From assembly GCA_963772835.1 (NCBI GenBank), contig CAVYYZ010000002.1, positions 224,001-288,000 of the forward strand: a DNA stretch of 64,000 nt, read 5' to 3'. The stretch is from an uncultured delta proteobacterium. GTDB lineage: Bacteria > Desulfobacterota > Desulfuromonadia > Geobacterales > Pseudopelobacteraceae. Positions within the stretch are counted from its first letter, which is position 1; each line of letters starts with the position of its first letter. The notes under the pieces were generated by a model. The model had not been told where the DNA came from. It saw only the letters and a list, made by a program, of their open reading frames with translations, and did no database searches. Below, piece after piece: positions 20,091-31,731 of this stretch. A program made the translations under genes and the position numbers.

Positions 20091-23000
20091 GTGGAAGATT
20101 ATTTCAGCTTTTTTGATAAACCAAAAGATCCACTCCACTTTTCAGCTATACGCATATCAATTTCATCTCCCGATAAAATTCGGGAGCGCTCTCATGGTGA
20201 AGTAAAAAAACCTGAGACTATCAACTATCGAACGTTCAAACCCGAGCGGGACGGTCTTTTCTGCGCCAAGATTTTCGGCCCGACAAAAGATTATGAATGC
20301 AATTGCGGCAAGTACAAACGCATGAAGCATCGCGGCATCATTTGTGAAAAATGTGGTGTTGAAGTCATTCCTTCTAAAGTTCGGCGCGAACGTCTGGGGC
20401 ACATTGACCTGGCCACCCCGGTTGCACATATCTGGTTCCTCAAATCACTACCTTCACGGATTGGAAACCTCCTTGATATCACTCTAAAAGACCTGGAAAA
20501 AGTACTTTACTTTGAAGGGTTTGTTATCAGTGATCCAAAAAACACTCCGTTACAGTTTTGTGAAGTGATGTCGGAAGATAAATACATAAAGATGCAGCAG
20601 GAATACGGTACCGATGCTTTTTCCGGCGGCATGGGCGCTGAAGCTATCCGTGAGTGCCTGCGTGCTCTTAAACTTGAAGATCTCGCAGTATCACTGCGGA
20701 CTGAAATGGTTGAGTCCACTAGCGAAGCAAAACGCAAGAAGACCGCAAAACGGCTCAAAGTTGTAGAAGCGTTCCGACATTCCGGCAATAAGCCGGAGTG
20801 GATGATTTTGGAATGCATCCCGGTCCTTCCACCCGAGTTGCGCCCGCTGGTACCTTTGGACGGAGGGCGTTTTGCAACATCAGATCTGAACGATCTGTAT
20901 CGTCGTGTTATTAACCGTAACAATCGTTTGAAGCGTCTTTGTGAACTGCAAGCCCCTGAAGTCATTATACGCAACGAAAAACGTATGCTTCAGGAAGCTG
21001 TTGATGCTCTCTTTGACAATGGGCGTCGCGGGCGAGCTATCGCCGGGCCTAACAAGCGTCCACTTAAGTCATTATCCGATATGCTCAAGGGAAAATCAGG
21101 GCGTTTTCGGCAAAACCTGCTCGGTAAACGTGTTGATTACTCCGGCCGTTCCGTTATTGTTGTCGGGCCAGAACTTAAGCTGCATCAGTGCGGACTTCCC
21201 AAAAAAATGGCACTGGAGCTGTTCAAACCATTTATCTACAACAAACTTGAAGAGCGCGGTTTCGTTACCACTATCAAAAGCGCAAAGAAAATGGTTGAAA
21301 AAGAGCGCCCTGAAGTATGGGACGTCCTGGAAGAGGTTATCAAGGAACATCCCGTTATGCTTAACCGGGCACCGACGCTTCATCGTCTTGGAATCCAGGC
21401 TTTTGAACCGGTTTTGATTGAAGGCAAGGCTATTCAACTGCATCCGCTCGTCTGCACCGCCTTCAACGCAGACTTTGACGGTGACCAGATGGCTGTGCAT
21501 CTTCCACTCTCCATTGAGAGCCAGGTCGAAGCGCGTGTTTTGATGATGTCTACCAATAACATTCTCTCTCCAGCCAACGGGAAACCGATCATAGTACCGT
21601 CCCAGGATATGGTTCTCGGTGCGTACTACATGACCCGTGACAGAATTAACGCCAAGGGGGAATATTACCGGCCGACTGAGCAGGAACTATTGGCAGGCGT
21701 AAATGCTTCCGGCTGTTTCTCTTCACCGGAGGAAGTAAGAATTGCTTTCGATGCCGGCGAAATAGATATGCAGGCTTTAATTAAAGTACGCATGAAGAAC
21801 CTGCCATCAGACGAGAAGGCCCAACTGGTTGACACCACTGCAGGACGTATACTGCTGCGTGATGTCCTACCGGCTGCAGTGCCGTTCTCCACTATAAATA
21901 AAGTCATGACCAAAAAAGAACTTTCTAACCTGGTTGATACCTGTTATCGCCTGTCAGACAGCAAAGAGACCGTCCTTCTGGCTGACCGCCTCAAAGAAAT
22001 CGGCTTTAAATATGCGAATCTGGCAGGTATCTCCATTTGTCTGGATGACATGGTTATTCCGGAAGGAAAACCGGCGATTATTGAGAAAGCGCACGAAGAG
22101 GTCACCGAGATCCAGAATCAGTACACCGAGGGTCTCATCACCGACGGCGAACGCTATAACAAGGTTATCGATATCTGGGCAAAGGCAACTGAAGAGATTG
22201 CGACAGAGATGCTTGACAACCTTTCAAAAGAAATTGTCACCGCACGGGACGGCAGCAAAATAGAAACATCTTCTTTCAATGCTATACATATGATGGCAGA
22301 TTCAGGAGCTCGTGGTTCTGCACAGCAGATTCGTCAGCTTGCCGGTATGCGTGGTTTGATGGCCAAGCCTTCAGGCGAGATCATTGAAACCCCGATTACA
22401 GCAAACTTCCGAGAAGGATTGACTGTTCTCCAGTACTTTATTTCTACCCACGGAGCACGTAAGGGTCTGGCTGATACGGCTCTCAAAACGGCAAACTCCG
22501 GTTATCTGACCCGACGTCTGGTTGATGTCGCTCAGGATGCTATTATCACTGAAACTGATTGTGGGACGCTAGACGGTCTGGTCGTATCATCTCTGACAGA
22601 AGGTGGAGAGATTATCGAACCGATCGGTGACCGTATACTCGGACGTGTTGCACTTGATGATATTCATGATCCTTTGACTGATGAAATACTTATTGAGATG
22701 AATCAGGAAATTGATGAATATCTGGTTAAACGGGTTGAAGATGCTGGGATTGAGAAGGTTAAGATCAGATCCGTACTTACCTGCCAAAGCAAGCGCGGCA
22801 TTTGTGCCAAGTGCTATGGTCGTGACCTTGCTAGGGGGCACAGTGTCAACATGGGTGAAGCTGTCGGCGTAATCGCAGCCCAGTCGATTGGTGAGCCCGG
22901 TACACAGCTGACAATGCGTACGTTCCACATTGGTGGTACCGCTTCCCGTCACGCCGAACAGACTTCACTTGAGGCTCGTGCCGATGGTGTTATCAAGTAT

Positions 23001-24287
23001 ATTAATGTTAATTTCGTCATTAACAATGATGGCCACCATATTGTTATGAACCGCAATGGTGAGATCGCCGTAATTGACGATACCGGCCGCGAACGTGAAA
23101 AATATACCGTAGTGTACGGTGCAAAAATTAAGATTGCCCCGGGAGGCGCGGTTAAACAGGGTGATACACTTTCCGAGTGGGATCCCTACACCATGCCGAT
23201 ACTTACTGAATTCGGTGGACGGGTCAAGTTTGCCGACATTCTCGAAGGCGTCACCATGGAAGAACAGCTTGATGATGTAACCGGTCTTTCCCGTAAGGTT
23301 ATTATCGAGACTAAAGACACGGACAAGCGCCCACGTATAGCCATCAAGGACGCATCGGGCGAAAGTGGCGGCACTATCGGCCGTTACTTCCTTCCGGCAG
23401 GTGCAAATATTTCCGTCACCGATGACACAATTATCAGTGCCGGTGATATTATCGCCAAAATACCTCGTGAAACGACTAAAACCAAGGATATTACCGGAGG
23501 TCTTCCACGAGTTGCCGAACTTTTCGAAGCACGTAAACCGAAGGACTTTGCCGTTATTACTGAGATCGATGGGCGTGTGTCATACGGTAAAGATGCTAAA
23601 GGTAAGCGAAAGGTTATTGTTACTCCTGAACTAGGTGAACCGAAGGAATATTTGATTCCGAAGGGTAAACATATCAGTGTTCACGAGGGTGACCATGTTC
23701 GTGCCGGTGAACCGCTTATGGACGGCTCGTCTAATCCGCACGATATTCTGCGGGTTCTCGGCGTCAAGGAACTTGCGAAATACCTGGTAGATGAAGTTCA
23801 GGAAGTGTATCGTCTTCAGGGCGTAAAGATTAACGATAAGCATATCGAGGTTATTGTACGTCAGATGCTGCGGCGCGTACGCATCAAGGATACCGGCGAT
23901 ACTAATCTTCTTGTGGATGACCAGATCGAGCGTTCTGTTTTTGAACAGGAAAACGAAAAGGCATTTCGTGATGGCAAGCGACCGGCAGTTGCTGAACCGC
24001 TCCTGCTCGGGATTACAAAGGCATCACTTTCTACGGAATCCTTCATTTCAGCCGCATCATTCCAGGAGACAACCAAGGTACTGACACAGGCTGCAATTGA
24101 AGGGAAAATTGATTACCTGCGCGGACTCAAAGAAAATGTCATTATGGGTCGCTTGATACCTGCAGGGACCGGAATTGCCCGCTATCGAAATTTGCGATTG
24201 CAGGCTGAATCCCTTGCTCATAAAGAAAGCGAAGTAAAAGAAGGAGTGAGTTCGGAAGCTGAGGAAATTAATTTAGAAGCAGCCTAA
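20091..24287 (+). CDS. rpoC: RNA polymerase beta' subunit
   Basis: NADFDGD, Zn ribbon, [15 protein letters not shown]. Confidence 0.98.
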   Translation: MEDYFSFFDKPKDPLHFSAIRISISSPDKIRERSHGEVKKPETINYRTFKPERDGLFCAKIFGPTKDYECNCGKYKRMKHRGIICEKCGVEVIPSKVRRERLGHIDLATPVAHIWFLKSLPSRIGNLLDITLKDLEKVLYFEGFVISDPKNTPLQFCEVMSEDKYIKMQQEYGTDAFSGGMGAEAIRECLRALKLEDLAVSLRTEMVESTSEAKRKKTAKRLKVVEAFRHSGNKPEWMILECIPVLPPELRPLVPLDGGRFATSDLNDLYRRVINRNNRLKRLCELQAPEVIIRNEKRMLQEAVDALFDNGRRGRAIAGPNKRPLKSLSDMLKGKSGRFRQNLLGKRVDYSGRSVIVVGPELKLHQCGLPKKMALELFKPFIYNKLEERGFVTTIKSAKKMVEKERPEVWDVLEEVIKEHPVMLNRAPTLHRLGIQAFEPVLIEGKAIQLHPLVCTAFNADFDGDQMAVHLPLSIESQVEARVLMMSTNNILSPANGKPIIVPSQDMVLGAYYMTRDRINAKGEYYRPTEQELLAGVNASGCFSSPEEVRIAFDAGEIDMQALIKVRMKNLPSDEKAQLVDTTAGRILLRDVLPAAVPFSTINKVMTKKELSNLVDTCYRLSDSKETVLLADRLKEIGFKYANLAGISICLDDMVIPEGKPAIIEKAHEEVTEIQNQYTEGLITDGERYNKVIDIWAKATEEIATEMLDNLSKEIVTARDGSKIETSSFNAIHMMADSGARGSAQQIRQLAGMRGLMAKPSGEIIETPITANFREGLTVLQYFISTHGARKGLADTALKTANSGYLTRRLVDVAQDAIITETDCGTLDGLVVSSLTEGGEIIEPIGDRILGRVALDDIHDPLTDEILIEMNQEIDEYLVKRVEDAGIEKVKIRSVLTCQSKRGICAKCYGRDLARGHSVNMGEAVGVIAAQSIGEPGTQLTMRTFHIGGTASRHAEQTSLEARADGVIKYINVNFVINNDGHHIVMNRNGEIAVIDDTGREREKYTVVYGAKIKIAPGGAVKQGDTLSEWDPYTMPILTEFGGRVKFADILEGVTMEEQLDDVTGLSRKVIIETKDTDKRPRIAIKDASGESGGTIGRYFLPAGANISVTDDTIISAGDIIAKIPRETTKTKDITGGLPRVAELFEARKPKDFAVITEIDGRVSYGKDAKGKRKVIVTPELGEPKEYLIPKGKHISVHEGDHVRAGEPLMDGSSNPHDILRVLGVKELAKYLVDEVQEVYRLQGVKINDKHIEVIVRQMLRRVRIKDTGDTNLLVDDQIERSVFEQENEKAFRDGKRPAVAEPLLLGITKASLSTESFISAASFQETTKVLTQAAIEGKIDYLRGLKENVIMGRLIPAGTGIARYRNLRLQAESLAHKESEVKEGVSSEAEEINLEAA

Positions 24288-24315
24288 ACTCAGTATTGAA
24301 TTCATCACATACCGT

Positions 24316-24350
24316 AACGGCCGGGGATTTAACTTCCCGGCCGTTTTTAT
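24316..24350 (+). terminator. Rho-independent terminator after rpoC
   Basis: AACGGCCGGG...CCCGGCCGTT followed by TTTAT. Confidence 0.85.
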
Positions 24351-24466
24351 TTGGGAAATCTTGTTTGCTTCATCCCTTTTATAAATAGTCATAGATTCAC
24401 CTTCCTTATCAGGTGAATACAGATATTCTGTTTATACGTTCGGAAACGTCAAGGGACTTGATTTGC

Positions 24467-26074
24467 TCAACTCTTTCCGGTGAGCTTTTTCCAACTGTTC
24501 CCTGCTAATTCAACCAATCCGTTCATCGTACGTGTATAAAACCTGGTAACCGGTAGACTGTTGACAAGCAACAAACCGTTACGCGCTTCAATGGAAACGG
24601 GATCACCCGTAGAGAACGAGGATATCTGGGAATAATATTCTCCGGACATTCCAAACAGGAATTTGTATACTGAACTTTCGAAACGGCATGAAACAATAAG
24701 TATAACAACTTCCGGGTTACCTGTTTTATGGTGAAATCGAACCGTTGATGTAACAAATGAACCCGTAACTGCAGAGTGCGATGAAGCCAGCAACGACTCG
24801 ATATTAAGGCCCTTCGGCTTCATAGTTCCAAGAGACGGCTGTCCCCACGGTTTATATCGTTCATGAGGCCGTGTCCTGTAATGATCGGTGCGCTCCAGCA
24901 GTGTTACGACATTATTATTTATCGGACCACCGATCGAATGTGATAGGCCCGCTGAAAACCCATGTTCTCTGATCAGACGATGATTTTCAACGATCTGAAT
25001 CATACCGGTTGCTCCAAGCGGATGCCCCCTCCCCTTCAGACCTCCGGTAAGGTTGGTTGGAAATGCGCCGTTTGTACCGGTCAGCGAATCGTCCAGCATG
25101 GCGTCCATCAGTCTGTTCCTGCTGACAATACCCAGATCAACCATATTTATTGGTCCAAACCCGTTAAAGGGATCATGCATATTAACATGAAGTTTACCGG
25201 CGAAAGACCGTATATCTTTTATACCCGCCATTCCGTAAGCGTAGCCCGCGGCTATTATCGTCGCTGGAAACGAATGAAAGTAATTACGGTCTGCAATAGT
25301 CGGAATGTCTGTTGCGCTCCCCACGCCGCTTACACGGACCTCTTGAGGTCGAGAAGTAAGGACAACAGCAGCTACACCGTCAGACATGGGGCAGTAATCG
25401 TGATAACGTAGTGGGGACCAATATTGATAGTTTCTACCGTCAGCAATCTGGCTATAATAATCCTGCAGTTCAATCTGGATATTCAAGTGAGCATTTGTGT
25501 TCAGGGCGGCAAAACGATGGCTTCTCTGGGTCAGCAAGGCTGAATAGGCTGTCCATTCTTCATCAGACAACCCGAGGCGCTCTTTTAAAGCCCGGGCAAC
25601 CAGCCCTCCGCATGCAGGCATCGACAAACCATATTCGGCTTCATTTCGATCAATAACTCCGGCGATAATTCGAGTTGATTCAGTTGTCGATGTATCGCTC
25701 ATCTTCTGCACGCCCAGGGCAAGGACAGAATCATATCTCCCCGATGCGATCTCGAGGTAGGCACTTTCAAATGCTGAAGCTCCCGACGAAGAAGCGGTGT
25801 CGACAAGGACAGAACGGGCCCCGGAAATACCTAAAATACCAGCTATTTTAGCAGCTGTATTGTCTACACCTGAAAAAGCAGCAGGGTTCTGACTTCCAAC
25901 GATCACCGCTTCTATATCACGGCGTCGAACCGGGCTGCCGTTAAATACTTCGCCACTCATTTCAGACAATTCCAAAAAAGAGAAATGTTGTTTATCTTTC
26001 CCGTTATAACGCCCAACTGGAGCCATCCAGGAGGAAGCAACATAGACGGGTCTAGGCATAAATGGAATTTCCAT
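24467..26074 (-). CDS. SCP2-type thiolase-fold protein lacking the catalytic Cys, with C-terminal extension
   Basis: DTASSSG, MHDPF, GGLKGRGHPLGATG, HSIGG; about 140 extra C-terminal residues; start could also be 26059. Confidence 0.8.
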   Translation of the reverse strand: MEIPFMPRPVYVASSWMAPVGRYNGKDKQHFSFLELSEMSGEVFNGSPVRRRDIEAVIVGSQNPAAFSGVDNTAAKIAGILGISGARSVLVDTASSSGASAFESAYLEIASGRYDSVLALGVQKMSDTSTTESTRIIAGVIDRNEAEYGLSMPACGGLVARALKERLGLSDEEWTAYSALLTQRSHRFAALNTNAHLNIQIELQDYYSQIADGRNYQYWSPLRYHDYCPMSDGVAAVVLTSRPQEVRVSGVGSATDIPTIADRNYFHSFPATIIAAGYAYGMAGIKDIRSFAGKLHVNMHDPFNGFGPINMVDLGIVSRNRLMDAMLDDSLTGTNGAFPTNLTGGLKGRGHPLGATGMIQIVENHRLIREHGFSAGLSHSIGGPINNNVVTLLERTDHYRTRPHERYKPWGQPSLGTMKPKGLNIESLLASSHSAVTGSFVTSTVRFHHKTGNPEVVILIVSCRFESSVYKFLFGMSGEYYSQISSFSTGDPVSIEARNGLLLVNSLPVTRFYTRTMNGLVELAGNSWKKLTGKS

Positions 26075-26159
26075 ATGCAACCTTTCTCAGCTGATTGGTT
26101 CAGTACAACGTCCCGAATAAATTGTAACGGTAATAACGACAATAATACGGCATAACTTG

Positions 26160-26630
26160 TTAAAAGCCACACCCGCCACTGTTTTTTTGATGATATTTCT
26201 GGTGATACGACTCAGCCTCCCAGAAAACTGATACCGGTACAATTTGAGTAGTAATTGTTTGTCGAAACGTACGGCTGTTTTCTAATCCGGCTCGTGACGC
26301 AAGAGCCGCATCCCGTTGCCCCTCGGAATGATAGAATATTACCGAGCGATATTGTTCACCAAAATCTGGCCCCTGTCTGTTTAACTGAGTCGGGTCATGA
26401 CACTCCCAGAAAACTTTGAGCAGGGATTCATAACTGACCTGCAGCGGGTCAAAGGTGATTTCGACCGCTTCAGCATGACCGGTATCGTGATTACATATGT
26501 CGTGATATGAGGGATTGTCAGTATGACCTCCGCAGTAACCAACCCGGGTTGCGATAACCCCGGAAACAACTGCAAATACATCCTCAACGCCCCAGAAGCA
26601 GCCTGCAGCAAAAGTTGCAACCACAAACAT
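26160..26630 (-). CDS. msrA: Peptide-methionine (S)-S-oxide reductase
   Basis: AGCFWG, TGHAEAV, RQGPD, AESYHQKY. Confidence 0.95.
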   Translation of the reverse strand: MFVVATFAAGCFWGVEDVFAVVSGVIATRVGYCGGHTDNPSYHDICNHDTGHAEAVEITFDPLQVSYESLLKVFWECHDPTQLNRQGPDFGEQYRSVIFYHSEGQRDAALASRAGLENSRTFRQTITTQIVPVSVFWEAESYHQKYHQKNSGGCGF

Positions 26631-26710
26631 TCTCTCCTCCCCATTATGAATACTTGGATTGTAATTCAACAAATGATGTATGGCAGGACATGCGGGAAAA
26701 TAATTAACTT

Positions 26711-26744
26711 AAAAAAAACGGGACCCGTTAGGTCCCGTTTAAAA
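26711..26744 (-). terminator. Terminator after yebC
   Basis: AAACGGGACC-cgtta-GGTCCCGTTT with flanking A8 (U-tract on minus strand). Confidence 0.75.
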
Positions 26745-27488
26745 CTACATCAGTTTTTCCATTTCTTCTTCAGAAATATCGAAGTTGGCATAGACGTTCT
26801 GAACATCATCGTTATCTTCCAGTTTGTCCATTAACTTGAGCATGCTTTCGGCCTGTTTCCCTTCGAGCTTGACCTGAGTCTGGGGAATCATGGTAACCTC
26901 GGCATTTATATGTTTAAAACCCTTCGAGGCCAATGCCTCACGCACCTCAATAAATGAGGAGGGCTCTGACGTGACCTCATAACAATCATCCTGTTCAGAC
27001 ACATCTTCAGCACCTGCTTCAAGTGACGCTTCAAAAAGCTGATCAAAATTGACGGATTTGTCATAATTGATAAGTCCCTTCTTGTCGAATATCCAAGCGA
27101 CACAACCAGCTTCTCCCATATTGCCGTTACTCTTGGAAAAAATACTGCGGATATCTGAAACAGATCGATTTCGATTATCAGTGAGCACTTCGACGAGGAC
27201 AGCAGCTCCGCCGGGCCCATAGCCTTCATAGACAATCTCCTCGTAGGTAACCCCCTCCATACCGCCGGCACCCTTCTTGATTGCCCGTTCTATGTTATCT
27301 TTTGGCATGTTTTCTGCCTTAGCTTTATCAACAGCGGTTCGCAGTCGAGGGTTTGCGGCAAGATCAGCTCCTCCCAGTTTAGCGGCAACTGATATTTCCT
27401 TGATAAATTTAGTAAAAAGCTTGCCCCGTTTTGCGTCAGCAGCACCTTTTTTATGTTTGATAGTACTCCACTTATTATGACCCGACAT
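26745..27488 (-). CDS. yebC: YebC/PmpR family protein
   Basis: [31 protein letters not shown]. Confidence 0.95.
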   Translation of the reverse strand: MSGHNKWSTIKHKKGAADAKRGKLFTKFIKEISVAAKLGGADLAANPRLRTAVDKAKAENMPKDNIERAIKKGAGGMEGVTYEEIVYEGYGPGGAAVLVEVLTDNRNRSVSDIRSIFSKSNGNMGEAGCVAWIFDKKGLINYDKSVNFDQLFEASLEAGAEDVSEQDDCYEVTSEPSSFIEVREALASKGFKHINAEVTMIPQTQVKLEGKQAESMLKLMDKLEDNDDVQNVYANFDISEEEMEKLM

Positions 27489-27657
27489 TATTTCGACTCC
27501 TTTGGGAAAGTGTATTATAAGTATTCTAGTGCCTAAAATGGTCAAAATATCATGGTTGACTATGCCTGTCCAGAGGGAATTTTGCGGGAGCGACGACTTG
27601 CAACAAATCATAATTAAAGATTATCGGGAAACAGCTGATTCGAAAATGAAATAGAGG

Positions 27658-27687
27658 TTGACAGTGTTGCTGATTATTCGTTATAAG
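27658..27687 (+). promoter_or_regulatory. sigma70 promoter of tRNA-Cys
   Basis: TTGACA-N18-TATAAG. Confidence 0.6.
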
Positions 27688-27705
27688 TATCACTTGATTG
27701 CACAT

Positions 27706-27779
27706 GGCGCGTTATCCAAGAGGCTAGGAGCCGGTCTGCAAAACCGTTAACGTCGGTTCGAATCCGACACGCGCCTCCA
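27706..27779 (+). tRNA. tRNA-Cys(GCA)
   Basis: GGCGCGT/ACGCGCC acceptor stem, CTGCAAA loop, TTCGAAT, U73 discriminator, CCA. Confidence 0.9.
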
Positions 27780-27793
27780 AACTTATCCATCAC

Positions 27794-27839
27794 ACAACAA
27801 GAAAAGGCCATGCTTTAAAGCATGGCCTTTTCTTGTTGT
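27794..27839. terminator. Perfect 46-bp palindrome, bidirectional terminator
   Basis: ACAACAAGAAAAGGCCATGCTTT-AAAGCATGGCCTTTTCTTGTTGT between convergent genes. Confidence 0.85.
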
Positions 27840-27867
27840 CGAACAATTTCAATGATATGTGCCAAGG

Positions 27868-28230
27868 CTATTTAGCATTTTCATCCAGAAGATAGTTCAT
27901 AAACACGACAATATCACGGATTTGCTTCTTATTCATGTCGGAATTCGGCTTTCTCAGCATTTTTATTCCGTAAGCCTTTACAGCCTGCTTGTTAAACGGC
28001 TGCCCTGTTATTGGAGCCCTCCCCGTCTGGACAGCAATTACCGTACGCTCCATAGTATGACACTTAATGCACTTTTCCTGCATGAGATCAAAGGATGCTT
28101 TGAAATTATCAGGAATACCTTCTGCACTAAAATTCATTCTAGCACCCCGACCCGTTATCTTTACTCGCGCTTCAGCAATTGAATAGATTGAAAGAGTTAT
28201 AAACACTGCCAGAGTGAGATACTTTTTCAT
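27868..28230 (-). CDS. Small exported monoheme c-type cytochrome
   Basis: Signal peptide, CIKCH, downstream Met in IKMLRK as possible distal ligand; Lys-rich. Confidence 0.85.
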   Translation of the reverse strand: MKKYLTLAVFITLSIYSIAEARVKITGRGARMNFSAEGIPDNFKASFDLMQEKCIKCHTMERTVIAVQTGRAPITGQPFNKQAVKAYGIKMLRKPNSDMNKKQIRDIVVFMNYLLDENAK

Positions 28231-28298
28231 AAATGCTCCTTAAAAAGTTCTTTTAACGTGTATTAAAGCAGCAAAACAATCCAATTGAAATTCGAAGA

Positions 28299-29789
28299 TC
28301 AGAAACTGAAAGTAACACCAAGCGTTCCGATTTTGTTAGCAATCTCAGTGTTTCCCGAAGATTTATAAGAGGTCCCATACTCATGTTTATACTCGGCAAC
28401 CACCTTCAGGTTCTCAATCGGAGCGTAAGCAACAGTCGGAATTACGCGTCGAACGATATTAATACCATCATCCTGATACTCAAAGCGGAGCGAACCGATC
28501 AGGTTTTGCTGAATTGTATACTGGCCTTCAATTGCCGTGACATACGTTTTGACTGCCGGCAGTGAATAAGTTAAATCCGCATTATCATCTTTCCCTGTAA
28601 CGCCGGACAATTTCAATCTGAACAATTTATAAAGTAGATCGATATCCACCCCGGCACGGTAAAACTCATTCTGGCGCGGGGTTACTCCTGCAACTGTATT
28701 CGGGTCTCCATTTGTCCCGATATAGCCATACCCACCAACAGTCAGAGTAAGAAAATCAAAAATACTTTCTTCCTTGTCTAGATCAATTTCAGGTTCATTC
28801 GTAAGATAATCAGCACCTCCAACCTTAACAGATGTATGTACATACCATTCCTTGGTATTCTGATTTTTTCGGTTGACGACACCGCCAGCCATGAAGAGAC
28901 GCTTGGCAAATATCATATTCGCTTCAATAGCATCCTGAGGCTGCTCAAGTTTAAAAAGTGACGACCCGACGGTGTACGCATAAGTATCATACGAATTTGT
29001 TATTGATAATTTATTGGTGCTCTTCCAGAGACCCAGCTTCGGTTGGAATCTTCCTACCTTGATATTTATCGGGGAGTCAAGAATATGCCGCCACACAAGA
29101 AAAAGTTCGCCAATATCGTTTTTGCCCGTCATATTGGTCGGGACCTGTGAAGTATTGGTCATTCCGGAAGCATTCTCAGTGTACAGCAGATATGTACCAA
29201 AAAAACCGGCTTTCCCCTTAAAGTTTCCTCCTGCGTTGAGCTTCAGAGTCCGTGTGGAAAAATCGAATTCATTAACAGCATTGCGGTCATAGGTACCGTG
29301 AATATTGGCGGTAAATGAGATCGGCAGCTGTTCTGGAATCCCGGCAATAGAGATCCCCTCTGATTTCAACTCACCGGCAGTTGTGGATTGATTGAGGTCG
29401 CTCGCTGTCGCCTGAACAGGTGACGCAGCTGCCGCAGGAGCATCGGCAGAAAGCATCGTTCCGGCTTTCAGCTTATTAAGTAAATCGGCATCACCTGCAC
29501 CCTTTACGCCAGTTTCAGTGCCCGGAACCGCAGCAGGCTTTGCCTCAACAGCTGAAGGAACTGCTTTGGTCTTTTCAGCCGTTTTCTTTTTACCTTTACC
29601 AAAGTAAACATACCCGTTTTTTAAAAATGCCTCGCCATACTCATTCAACTCTGGAAAGATAGTGTGGCAGGTGCTGCATTCCACTTTGTTAGCACGAGTG
29701 AAAGCCGGTATGGCGTGGGAAATGGTGGCGGAAAACAGCTGAAAAACAATTACCGCCATAACTATCGCCAGGTATTGAAAAAATATCAT
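28299..29789 (-). CDS. Outer-membrane beta-barrel (porin-like) protein with N-terminal heme c motif
   Basis: Signal peptide, AIPAF...CSTCH, Ala/Pro linker, amphipathic strands, terminal LGVTFSF. Confidence 0.75.
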   Translation of the reverse strand: MIFFQYLAIVMAVIVFQLFSATISHAIPAFTRANKVECSTCHTIFPELNEYGEAFLKNGYVYFGKGKKKTAEKTKAVPSAVEAKPAAVPGTETGVKGAGDADLLNKLKAGTMLSADAPAAAASPVQATASDLNQSTTAGELKSEGISIAGIPEQLPISFTANIHGTYDRNAVNEFDFSTRTLKLNAGGNFKGKAGFFGTYLLYTENASGMTNTSQVPTNMTGKNDIGELFLVWRHILDSPINIKVGRFQPKLGLWKSTNKLSITNSYDTYAYTVGSSLFKLEQPQDAIEANMIFAKRLFMAGGVVNRKNQNTKEWYVHTSVKVGGADYLTNEPEIDLDKEESIFDFLTLTVGGYGYIGTNGDPNTVAGVTPRQNEFYRAGVDIDLLYKLFRLKLSGVTGKDDNADLTYSLPAVKTYVTAIEGQYTIQQNLIGSLRFEYQDDGINIVRRVIPTVAYAPIENLKVVAEYKHEYGTSYKSSGNTEIANKIGTLGVTFSF

Positions 29790-29825
29790 TAGAAGCCCCC
29801 CTGTGTAAAGAATTGTCGGATCATA

Positions 29826-31695
29826 TTATTGACGGGCACCGTTGATACCGGTCGGGTTGGCGCTGGTCCCCTGCAGGTAGGCAATCGCCTGGGCTTTGGT
29901 GGCGGTATCAATTTTGAAGATGGTGCCATCCTTTGCCAGCACAAACAGGGAAGGGTCATCTGACAACAGATTTACTCCGGCCTCGATTCCGTTGCCCATC
30001 ACACCATCCTGCATCCAGTCGATAGCGTCGAAGATCAACCGCTTGGTGTAGAATCGGTTGTGGGCAAAGGCCCCGTAGTCATGAACCAGCAAGTTGAGAT
30101 TGAACGCTGCACCCATGGTGAGTGCTCCTGCCTGAATGTTGCCTGCTGACACAACTAGACCTGAACCAAATCCGCCGGTAAATTTGCGCCAGTTTTTCTC
30201 GCCGCCACCGGTGCCGAAGTAGGGGTGGAGCATCATTAAATGGGTAACCTCTGTCTTTGAGCGTCTTGGCCAGAACTGACAGGGCGGCGTTTAATCCGGC
30301 TCGCTCCTCCTCGATCACTTTGCCGCTCATGGCGCTGCTAAAGGGAACTAATGCCGGATCATGGCATTTGACGCATGCCTTTGCGACCAGAGTTCCGGCT
30401 TGATCAACCGGCAGGAAGGTATGGCGTTTGTATTCTCCGTCCTGGCCGATGTGGCATGTGACGCAGGGGCCGTCGTTCCCGGTGCCGTTTTTGTTGCTGA
30501 TCCCGACTTGGTCGTGTAAATAAAAGGACTGGTTGGCGTACTTGCTGCTGCTGGTATAGAAGTGGAAACCACTCGTCTTGAAAATGGTGGCTCCGGCGCT
30601 CAGATAGTGGGAGTTGATGAAAGCTATTGAAGAGAAATTGAGGAACGGCGCCGCGCTTCTGATGTTATCGCCGATTTCCCGACCAACATGGCAGGCCACG
30701 CACAGGTTGGAGGTATTGACATTCGGGTAGGACCTGGGAATGTGGTCCCTGATCCTGTTAATGGTCGTGCCGACTTGCGAGTTGACGGAGTAATTGTAGA
30801 AGGCCGTAACCTTGCCCACCGTACGCGCCTTGTAGGCATACACGTTGCCCGCTCCGTCATCATGGCAAGAACGGCAGCCGAGCGGTTCCTTCGTTTTGTC
30901 GGGTGAAACATTCGGATAGACGGTGCCGTACGTATCCCAGGGGGCGATCGTTTTGAAGCTGCTTGAGATGTAATTAACAAAACCGGTGGCGGTGTGGCAG
31001 CGGACACAATCGTCGCCGAAGGAAGTAGCGGGTGAAGCGCCGGCAGTGGTCGTACCGCGAGTCTTGAAATCATACTGAGTCCAGGGCTTGGCGTAAATAT
31101 CTCCCTTGCCGCTGCGCGACCATTCGCGAAACTGCTGCATCTGGGTTGTGGTGTCATGGGGATTGTGACAGTTTCTGCATTTGCTGACGTTCTGCGAACT
31201 GACATAGGAAGCTGGATACCCTTTACGTCTGAGCCCGGAAGTTTCCGTGTTTGCGGGACTCGTTATGTTATTGAAGTGAACCCTCAATCCGTCAATGATC
31301 GCCCCGTTTACGGTAGAACTCCCAAACCCGCCATTTTTGGTGTGGCATTTAGAGCACTTACCCGCTGCATCAGGATTTACAGTCACATCCGGGCCGGCAA
31401 CGGGAGAACCGCCATGGCAGCGGTTACAATTCCCTGCATCCGGATGGCTTTGATGCGGTTCATGGCAATCCTTGCAACTGGCACCGTTATTAATGTTATG
31501 GTTGGAGACTCTCCATTCGTCAGAAATTAATTTGCCTGTTACCTTGCTGGCGCCTCCATGGCAGTCGATGCAGCGCTGCGACTCTTCAAGTTTGCTTACG
31601 TTGGGTCCGATAACCGGTTTTTCTCCGCAGGCGAGAAGCGAAAACAGAAGCAGTGACAACGCAACGGTTAGCGGTACCCTTAGTGAAAACTGCAT
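29826..31695 (-). pseudogene. OmcB/OmcC-like decaheme lipoprotein cytochrome interrupted by one extra base near 30222-30228
   Basis: Lipobox LLAC; ten CxxCH in 30079..31695; C-terminal GAAFNLNLLVHDYGAFAHNRFYTKRLIFDAIDW lies in the other frame (29826..30236); removing one base gives a 622-aa ORF. Confidence 0.8.
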
Positions 31696-31731
31696 AATTG
31701 CTCCTTAGAATAACGTGACTGAACGGGAATA

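Noticed and set aside
30079..30225. Tail of ORF 30079..31695 (PPLLRHRWRR...) as the real C-terminus, and 29826..30236 as a separate gene
   Set aside because: The family-conserved C-terminus is in the other frame; the two ORFs are one broken gene
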